IMG/VR virus record: IMGVR_UViG_3300011338_000863
Span: 1 to 37,638 of that record
Source of the DNA: a virus
Taxonomy: Duplodnaviria; Caudoviricetes
Strand: one strand, 5' to 3'
Length of the DNA stretch: 37,638 bases
The translations under genes were made by a program, and so were the position numbers. Position 1 is the first letter of the stretch; each line of letters opens with the position of its first letter. Below, piece by piece: positions 8,822-14,358 of this stretch. A model generated the notes under the pieces. The model searched no databases, was not told where the DNA came from, and saw only the letters and a program-made list of their open reading frames with translations.

Positions 8822-8936
8822 AGGTCGCTTACAGCAGAATAACACCCATCTAAGGGCGGTGTCCTTGGTTCAATTCCAAGTGGGCCCATTTTGTGGGCTC
8901 ATAGCTCAGTTGGTAGAGCACGCATTTATGCGACCT
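8822..8936 (+). ncRNA. ACAGCA-clamp RNA unit 3 (fully permuted tRNA module, YrlA-like)
   Basis: Stem AGGTCGC/GCGACCT, ACAGCA at 8831, T-arm CTTGG-TTCAATT-CCAAG, acceptor TGGGCCC/GGGCTCA closed by a loop, then canonical TA-GCTC-AGTTGGTA-GAGC D-arm. Confidence 0.85.
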
Positions 8937-8947
8937 GATTTTATTTT

Positions 8948-9035
8948 GAGTTCTCGAACAGCAATACTTTCGGAGTTGTCTTGTTCGCTTGGTCTGCTGG
9001 ACGAAGAAAGATAAGAAACGAAGAACGGAGAGCTT
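8948..9035 (+). ncRNA. ACAGCA-clamp RNA unit 4 (non-tRNA internal domain)
   Basis: Stem GAGTTCTC/GAGAGCTT (with G-U pairs), ACAGCA at 8958, internal imperfect hairpins and a purine-rich 3' part. Confidence 0.6.
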
Positions 9036-9036
9036 T

Positions 9037-9140
9037 GGGCGCCTACAGCAAATGAAATGCACGTCACGCCGAGGAACCGGGTTAGAGTCCCGGAGGACTA
9101 TGTCCTTAGTTTATGGTTAGAACATCGTAATCTGGCGCCC
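9037..9140 (+). ncRNA. ACAGCA-clamp RNA unit 5 (permuted tRNA-Asp-like module)
   Basis: Stem GGGCGCC/GGCGCCC, ACAGCA at 9045, GTC-AC-GCCGA anticodon remnant, T-arm CCGGG-TTAGAGT-CCCGG, short acceptor AGGAC-TAT-GTCCT, D-arm TA-GTTT-ATGGTTA-GAAC. Confidence 0.82.
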
Positions 9141-9143
9141 TTT

Positions 9144-9230
9144 AGGACACTGACAGCAGAACAAATCACCATTGGTTGATTTCGACTTTAAATCGAAAGA
9201 GGCGGTTCAATTCCGTCAATTATGTGTCCT
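9144..9230 (+). ncRNA. ACAGCA-clamp RNA unit 6 (unpermuted D/anticodon/T module, TTA anticodon)
   Basis: Stem AGGACAC/GTGTCCT, ACAGCA at 9153, hairpin AATCA/TGATT, anticodon arm TTCGA-CTTTAAA-TCGAA, T-arm GGCGG-TTCAATT-CCGTC. Confidence 0.8.
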
Positions 9231-9250
9231 TTTTATTTTTAGGAGAGAGA

Positions 9251-10975
9251 ATGAACATTATTGATATTATTGCCCAAGATGCAGCAAAAAACACCACCAC
9301 ATGGAATGGCGCGCCGAGTAACTCGACAACCGGCAGCCATTGCCTGGACTATTGGTCCAAATGTGGAACTTACCGCGGCCGCACTCAAGATGAAGTCAAT
9401 GCGGACATGCAGAAGATATTCTACGAAGACGAGATCAAGGCGCTTAAGGTTGTTTTTGGGTTGCGCTTGGTGACGCGTAAGGTAAAGACGCCTTTCTTGG
9501 CTCCTGGTCAAAAAGAGTTTCTTGATACCAAAGACACACAAACTGGTTATGGCCAACGCGATGAATTTTTTAAAGCTGTTCGCTGGCTGGCAATCAATAA
9601 AAGCGAATTGCTCCTTAAGAACTTAATCATGATTCCAGTTGTCGGGTCGTGGAAAGATTTTTTCTCTGAGGATCTGCTTGATGCTCTGAGTCCAATTGTC
9701 GTATTTGAGTTGGTTCGCTTGTATGCCAAGGACCCCTTGCTTCGTAAATACCTGCCAACGATGCACTCCAAGGGCAAGAAGCGCGGTGACTTAGCTAAGA
9801 AGAAATCAGATTGGGCTAAGAAATTCTGCTCGCATGTAAAAATTAGCCACAAGCAATACCGAGAGCTTAAAAAGAGCGGCAAGGCTCATACCTTCCAAAG
9901 GCAGATGAGCCAAGGAGATTGGGCGAATATCAGTTTTAATGAGATACCTGGACGAGCTATCTCTCACTTAACCAATCGCAAGGGCAAAGACGGCAAGATG
10001 GCTTTTGAGCGCCACGGCCAGCTTGACCGGTTTGAAACATGGGTATTAGGCCAAGATAAGATTAAGTTTAATGGATACCCATACGAATTAACCACGGCGG
10101 CCTCTCATAGTAAGGCTCCAAGCTCTTTGCAGAAAAAGATTTACAACCGTCAGTTTGAGCAATTGCTTGAACCATTCAAGGGTCACAAGCTTGGCAACGT
10201 ATTCTGCGCGCTTGATACTTCTGGATCAATGAATGACGCAGTGGTGGGCCCGACTACGGCTCTGCAAGTCTGCTTGAGCATGGGCCTTGTTTTCTCTTGC
10301 CTGAACACTGGTTGGTTTAAGGACACGGCCGTTCACTTTGGTGAGAGGTCAAACCTGATCCGATTCAATGCCAGCGATGATTTTGTGACACGCCTGCATT
10401 TCCTTGAGACGATGGCTACAGCATGGGGCAGCACGAACTTCCAGTCGGTTATTGATTTAATCATTGGCATCAGGATGAAACACCCAGAAATCCCGATTGA
10501 GCAATTCCCTGAGACGCTGTTGGTTTTGTCGGACATGCAGTTCAACGACCCTGGCGTGCAACACTCTTCAGCCTCCATGCCCACGCAGAGTTATTATAGT
10601 AACTTCACCAATGCTTATGGCCAGCGAATGATTATTACGCCTCAGATGCACAAACAGATGTATGGTCACTTGTACCAACAGGCTTCTTTGACTAATCATG
10701 AGGTGGCCAAGCAGAAGCTGGCTAGTGTCGGATTGGGTGACCTGAGAATCATCTGGTGGCAGCTAAACGGGAATACGACTGACTTCCCGGCGCAGATGAA
10801 CGACAAGGGCACCTATATGATAGGGGGTTTTGACCCAGTTAACCTCAAGGCGTTAATGGGATTGACTGCGGAGAAGAAGGATTTCGTGGCCACTGCGGAG
10901 GTTAAACAGCAAACCCCGATGGATGGTATGAATAATTTTCTAAGCCAAGAGATTTTTGGTCTCTTGAAATTTTAA
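9251..10975 (+). CDS. DUF2828-family protein (Ro60/TROVE-like helical domain plus C-terminal vWA)
   Basis: TWNGA..NSTTGSHCLDYW, R...GYGQRDEF, VGSWKD, MIDAS LDTSGSM, WGSTNFQ, LLVLSDMQF, IIWWQL. True start is ATG 9251 after AGGAG; the ORF-track extension to 9176 overlaps RNA unit 6. Confidence 0.8.
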   Translation: MNIIDIIAQDAAKNTTTWNGAPSNSTTGSHCLDYWSKCGTYRGRTQDEVNADMQKIFYEDEIKALKVVFGLRLVTRKVKTPFLAPGQKEFLDTKDTQTGYGQRDEFFKAVRWLAINKSELLLKNLIMIPVVGSWKDFFSEDLLDALSPIVVFELVRLYAKDPLLRKYLPTMHSKGKKRGDLAKKKSDWAKKFCSHVKISHKQYRELKKSGKAHTFQRQMSQGDWANISFNEIPGRAISHLTNRKGKDGKMAFERHGQLDRFETWVLGQDKIKFNGYPYELTTAASHSKAPSSLQKKIYNRQFEQLLEPFKGHKLGNVFCALDTSGSMNDAVVGPTTALQVCLSMGLVFSCLNTGWFKDTAVHFGERSNLIRFNASDDFVTRLHFLETMATAWGSTNFQSVIDLIIGIRMKHPEIPIEQFPETLLVLSDMQFNDPGVQHSSASMPTQSYYSNFTNAYGQRMIITPQMHKQMYGHLYQQASLTNHEVAKQKLASVGLGDLRIIWWQLNGNTTDFPAQMNDKGTYMIGGFDPVNLKALMGLTAEKKDFVATAEVKQQTPMDGMNNFLSQEIFGLLKF

Positions 10976-10989
10976 ACAAGGATAAAAAA

Positions 10990-11610
10990 ATGAATGCAGA
11001 TGCTTTAAAAAATCGTGAAGTTTACATTGTGGTTGACAAGTCAGGTAGCATGTCTACCCCGGACTGTGCAGGCGGCAAAAGCCGTTGGGATTACATGAAA
11101 GAGTCTGTTTCGGCTATTGCTAAGCTGGTCGCGCCTTATGATCCAGATGGTATAACAGTTGTCCCATTCGCTAACCAATTCAAAGTTTACGACAATGTTA
11201 CGCCTACTGTTGTCGACCAAATATTTTCCGAAAACACACCAATGGGTGGAACGGACCTGGCCGCTGTCCTTACTGAAGTGTTTGCGCGCTGCGTAGCTCA
11301 GAAGAAGAATGGTACCCTGAAGGCCAACGGTTCTTTGATCCTAGTCGCGACTGATGGCCAACCGAACGACAAGGAAGCGGCGAAGAAAGCAATCGTTAAT
11401 TTCGCAAATTCCCTTGAGAAAGACGAAGAAGCTGGTATTCTCTTTATTCAGGTAGGTAAAGACCCGGACGCCGCCAAGTTCTTAACTGAGCTTGACGATG
11501 ACCTGGTCGCTAAAAATGGCGCTAAGTTTGACATCGTTGACACCAAAAGTTTCGACGCGGTCGAGAACATGGCGTTTGAGGACGTGTTATTAGGGGCAAT
11601 TAATGATTAG
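10990..11610 (+). CDS. Stand-alone vWA domain protein
   Basis: MIDAS VVDKSGSM, GGTDL, LVATDGQP, FIQVG.D..A.KFL..LDD. Confidence 0.88.
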   Translation: MNADALKNREVYIVVDKSGSMSTPDCAGGKSRWDYMKESVSAIAKLVAPYDPDGITVVPFANQFKVYDNVTPTVVDQIFSENTPMGGTDLAAVLTEVFARCVAQKKNGTLKANGSLILVATDGQPNDKEAAKKAIVNFANSLEKDEEAGILFIQVGKDPDAAKFLTELDDDLVAKNGAKFDIVDTKSFDAVENMAFEDVLLGAIND

Positions 11611-11749
11611 TTTGATTGTATTCGTGATTGGTCTAATGATTGGATTAAACTTTGCCAGAGTTCTTAATTTGGTTGTTTTAAGTAAGAACAAAATTAAGAG
11701 GGAAGCCGCCAAGGTCGAAAGCAAAGTGATCAGCGAACTGAATAAGTAA
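11603..11749 (+). CDS. Small membrane protein (48 aa)
   Basis: MISLIVFVIGLMIGLNFARVLNLVVL followed by a basic tail; overlaps the vWA stop. Not in the ORF track. Confidence 0.6.
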   Translation: MISLIVFVIGLMIGLNFARVLNLVVLSKNKIKREAAKVESKVISELNK

Positions 11750-11756
11750 GCTGGTG

Positions 11757-11828
11757 GGTTGATTAGCTCAGGGGTAGAGCGCCTGTCTGAAGAGCAGGGC
11801 GTCGGTGGTTCAATTCCATCATCAACCA
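11757..11828 (+). tRNA. tRNA-Phe(GAA)
   Basis: GGTTGAT/ATCAACC acceptor, GCTC/GAGC D-arm, CCTGT-CTGAAGA-GCAGG, GGTGG-TTCAATT-CCATC. Confidence 0.92.
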
Positions 11829-11830
11829 TT

Positions 11831-12010
11831 GTTGCCGCGCCGTTGATGTCGAAACATGTGGTGAAAAGACGAATGAAGCTGTGGAAAGCCTAACGAGTCA
11901 AAGTAATCACGGGCAGTTATAGGTAACTGGCGCACGCCTTTAAGAGACCTCCAATCTCGGGCCACCTATCTGCGGGAAAAGTGTACCAGGTGTGAACCCT
12001 GGCGGCGACA
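11831..12010 (+). ncRNA. Long tRNA-like RNA A (acceptor + T-arm with ~150 nt insert)
   Basis: GTTGCCG/CGGCGAC-A acceptor, T-arm CCAGG-TGTGAAC-CCTGG, several internal hairpins; lies between two tRNAs. Confidence 0.65.
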
Positions 12011-12017
12011 TTAATTT

Positions 12018-12089
12018 TGCGGAGTAGCTCAATGGTAGAGCGGTGGATTGTTAATCCAATGGTTAAAGGTTCGAGTCCTCTCTTCGCAG
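12018..12089 (+). tRNA. tRNA-Asn(GTT)
   Basis: TGCGGAG/CTTCGCA-G acceptor, D-arm GCTC/GAGC, loop TTGTTAA, GGTTCGAGTCC. Confidence 0.88.
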
Positions 12090-12090
12090 T

Positions 12091-12164
12091 GTGTTCGTAG
12101 CCTAATGGTAAGGCGCCTTGCTGTGAACTAGGATATTCGAGTTCAATTCTCGACGAACACCCCA
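12091..12164 (+). tRNA. tRNA-His(GTG)
   Basis: GTGTTCG/CGAACAC, C discriminator plus encoded CCA, loop CTGTGAA, TCGAG-TTCAATT-CTCGA. Confidence 0.9.
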
Positions 12165-12178
12165 TTTAAGGAGATAAT

Positions 12179-12559
12179 ATGTCACTTGATTATGGTTCGC
12201 TCACTCAGTTGCAAAAGAAATACGTGTTCTCGTTAGACCCGCAGCTTTATGACCTGGGCACAAATCAGATGTCTAACTTCGACAGCATGTGCATTAAGCT
12301 TGATGCCATTAATGACCGTCTTGCACTAGATAGTCGTGATCAGCTTTCAATAAGGTGTGGGTTGTTATTGCCGACTGAGGTTTTTGAACTTGAATCCGGT
12401 GACAACGATGCTCATATGGCGTGCGCGGCCGTTGATGTCGATGATTTTGACGGTTCACTTTTTGATTGGTTCGTCACAAATGGAACTGCTGAGGATCTTG
12501 GCCTCGAGATGAGGTCACTTGATGGTTACGTGCACATAGAATTGGATGATTGGTTGTGA
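12179..12559 (+). CDS. Hypothetical acidic protein
   Basis: 126-aa ORF with strong AAGGAG SD. Confidence 0.75.
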   Translation: MSLDYGSLTQLQKKYVFSLDPQLYDLGTNQMSNFDSMCIKLDAINDRLALDSRDQLSIRCGLLLPTEVFELESGDNDAHMACAAVDVDDFDGSLFDWFVTNGTAEDLGLEMRSLDGYVHIELDDWL

Positions 12560-12771
12560 GTAAATTAATAACGACTCCTGAAGGGCTAATAAAGAAACAA
12601 GGTCAGGCATGGGAAGACGCTAATTGCGGAGAATTATGGGAGGTCGCTGCCAAGCTTTATGCAGAGATAATAAAAAACCTTGTTCCATCTGAACGCCATC
12701 TTGATGCGGTTAAGATCATGCTGTCAATCCTTGAAAGATCAAGTGGATGCACTGGTTTGGTGTGGACTTAA
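12550..12771 (+). CDS. Hypothetical protein
   Basis: Short ORF overlapping the previous stop; start may be GTG 12556. Confidence 0.55.
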   Translation: MVVSKLITTPEGLIKKQGQAWEDANCGELWEVAAKLYAEIIKNLVPSERHLDAVKIMLSILERSSGCTGLVWT

Positions 12772-12795
12772 TCCATCATGACAAGAATTGATATT

Positions 12796-12868
12796 GGGGA
12801 TTTAGTTTAACTGGTAAAACACTGGTCTCCAAAACCAGGTAATCATGGTTCAAATCCATGGGTCCCCG
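12796..12868 (+). tRNA. tRNA-Trp(CCA)
   Basis: GGGGATT/GGTCCCC-G, D-arm GTTT/AAAC, CTGGT-CTCCAAA-ACCAG, CATGG-TTCAAAT-CCATG. Confidence 0.92.
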
Positions 12869-12870
12869 TC

Positions 12871-12955
12871 GGACAGGTATCCAAATGGTGAAGGAAGCAG
12901 ACTGTAAATCTGTGGCCGCGCGCTAAACATGGGGGTTCGAATCCCTCCTTGTCCA
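12871..12955 (+). tRNA. tRNA-Tyr(GTA)
   Basis: GGACAGG/CTTGTCC-A, GCAGA-CTGTAAA-TCTGT, long variable arm, GGGGG-TTCGAAT-CCCTC. Confidence 0.92.
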
Positions 12956-12957
12956 TT

Positions 12958-13164
12958 ATGATTGACGATGACGATGTAGACTGGGCTGGTACCATGTTCT
13001 CAATGAGTAGCGGCTGGTCTGCTCTGATATTTCTGATTGTTCTTATTGCCCTGGCTGTTATTTGCTTCAAGAACGATGAGGACTGCAAGAAGAAAAACTG
13101 TCCTGCTCCGTTGCAGTCAATGCTTCTCAAGGGTGAATGCCGATGTGTTGGCACTCCGGAATAA
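12958..13164 (+). CDS. Small membrane protein with Cys-rich C-terminus
   Basis: TM segment WSALIFLIVLIALAVICF followed by C..C...CRC. Confidence 0.55.
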   Translation: MIDDDDVDWAGTMFSMSSGWSALIFLIVLIALAVICFKNDEDCKKKNCPAPLQSMLLKGECRCVGTPE

Positions 13165-13170
13165 ATCATT

Positions 13171-13353
13171 ATGTGTGTCGACTTTGACGATAAAGAGTGG
13201 ATGGATGCGAGCCCTCGGATGACGCTGAGAGAGTATTCGTGGATAATGGACAACCGAGAACGGTGCGATAAATGCAACCATCTCAAAATATTCCACACCG
13301 ACCATTGTTGTTCTTTTTGTTTTATCCCTGAATGCAGATGCAATAGTTGTTAA
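13171..13353 (+). CDS. Small Cys/His-rich (zinc-finger-like) protein
   Basis: CDKCNHLKIFH...CCSFC...CRC. Confidence 0.6.
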   Translation: MCVDFDDKEWMDASPRMTLREYSWIMDNRERCDKCNHLKIFHTDHCCSFCFIPECRCNSC

Positions 13354-13360
13354 GAATTAA

Positions 13361-13502
13361 GCCGCCGCGCCGTGGTGGGAACACGGGTGATTCGATCCCC
13401 TTGCCGTTGAACGACAACGGGTAGATTGGATTTAAAAGTTATGGGTCATGTCCAACTCGTCCATTCAAAAGCGAGGGTCAGGTTCAAATCCTGACGGCGG
13501 CA
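13361..13502 (+). ncRNA. Long tRNA-like RNA B (acceptor + T-arm with ~110 nt insert)
   Basis: GCCGCCG/CGGCGGC-A acceptor, T-arm TCAGG-TTCAAAT-CCTGA, internal hairpins CCGTG/CACGG, CCGTTG/CAACGG, TTGGA/TCCAA, CTCG/CGAG. Confidence 0.7.
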
Positions 13503-13530
13503 TCCAGGAGTTACAAACAAAGGAGATTGT

Positions 13531-13788
13531 ATGGAAACTTATGTATTAATGATTTTTGCTTACACAACTCACTTCTCTCAACCTAACGGTCCGCCCGTAT
13601 TCCATAGCGTTTATGGATTTCCGAGTACCGCGGCTTGTGAGCGGGCTTACAATGCTCTGTCCCCAAGCTCTGGCTCGATGTCAGTTAACCACACATGCGA
13701 GCTTGTGACGCTTACGGACAAATCACCTGACCCTTTATTCATTCCCTTCACGCCGCCGCCTCGTAACGATAAAAAGACACATCGTTAA
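13531..13788 (+). CDS. Hypothetical protein
   Basis: 85-aa ORF with AGGAG SD; F.S..AC..A...C motif typical of small phage proteins. Confidence 0.65.
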   Translation: METYVLMIFAYTTHFSQPNGPPVFHSVYGFPSTAACERAYNALSPSSGSMSVNHTCELVTLTDKSPDPLFIPFTPPPRNDKKTHR

Positions 13789-13843
13789 ATTATTACTCAA
13801 AATATTCTTATTTAACCTTCCATTCATCTAATCAACATGCTAC

Positions 13844-14218
13844 GTGCGATCCTGGGGACTGAGAAAGTTTTCAGTGGGGCCTGGACGAAAAGAATCGATT
13901 ACGCTTAGGGCAATTTTAGATTACTTGGATTGGTACCAGTCAATTGGAAGAATCAAATACACGCGGGCGAACGCCGGGACATTCAAAGTCAGCGGACGAT
14001 ATATTAAAGGCGCGCCTAAGGGCACGGCTGATATTATTGTCGAGTATGGTCCACACGGTAAATACCTCGAAATTGAGGTTAAAGCCGAAGACGGCAAGCA
14101 ATCAAAAGTTCAAAGAGAAAATCAAAGAGTTGTGGAAGCGCTTGGTGGTGTTTATATCATCGCTAAGAGCATTTTAGATGTTGAACGCAAACTAAGAGAA
14201 TTGGGAGTTATATGTTAG
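13844..14218 (+). CDS. VRR-NUC / PD-(D/E)XK nuclease (resolvase-like)
   Basis: KGTADII...YLEIEVK..DGKQS..Q......V...GGVY. Confidence 0.85.
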   Translation: MRSWGLRKFSVGPGRKESITLRAILDYLDWYQSIGRIKYTRANAGTFKVSGRYIKGAPKGTADIIVEYGPHGKYLEIEVKAEDGKQSKVQRENQRVVEALGGVYIIAKSILDVERKLRELGVIC

Positions 14219-14358
14219 TAAAAGGTGCAGCAGCAAAGACTAAAAAGGGATTAAAGGAAAACATCAAGACGGAGATCAAAGCGGGAAAGCCTAAGAAGCA
14301 AGCCGCGGCGATTGCCTTCTCGGAAGCGGGAGAGAAAAAGGCCAAGAAGAGAAAATGA
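14212..14358 (+). CDS. Small basic phage protein (48 aa)
   Basis: MLVKG...ENIKTEIKAGKPKKQAAAIAFSEAG, a common small phage protein pattern; coupled to both neighbours. Not in the ORF track. Confidence 0.7.
   Translation: MLVKGAAAKTKKGLKENIKTEIKAGKPKKQAAAIAFSEAGEKKAKKRK

Noticed and set aside
8853-8925. Ordinary tRNA gene or two adjacent tRNA pseudogene fragments
   Set aside because: The halves are in reversed order, their acceptor strands pair with each other across a short linker, and both are enclosed by the unit's terminal stem, so this is one permuted module.
8701-9062. Minus-strand ORFs 8701..8889 and 8850..9062 (also 11590..11829, 11917..12165, 12843..13343)
   Set aside because: These are antisense shadows of tRNA or tRNA-like genes (GIEPRT/GFEP-type translations of T-arms).
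9181-9197. Evidence for TAA stop-codon reassignment
   Set aside because: Many clear genes end in TAA with immediate downstream starts, and the UUA-loop RNA lacks a normal acceptor end.
8670-9230. CRISPR array or simple tandem repeat
   Set aside because: Only 6 nt (ACAGCA) are invariant, unit lengths vary from 52 to 115 nt, conservation is structural, and there are no cas genes.
9176-9250. N-terminal extension of the DUF2828 ORF given in the ORF track
   Set aside because: It overlaps RNA unit 6; ATG 9251 has an AGGAG SD and family-like sequence begins right after it.
11831-12010. tmRNA (ssrA)
   Set aside because: Too short, no G3-U70 alanine identity pair, and no convincing tag reading frame; the same applies to 13361-13502.
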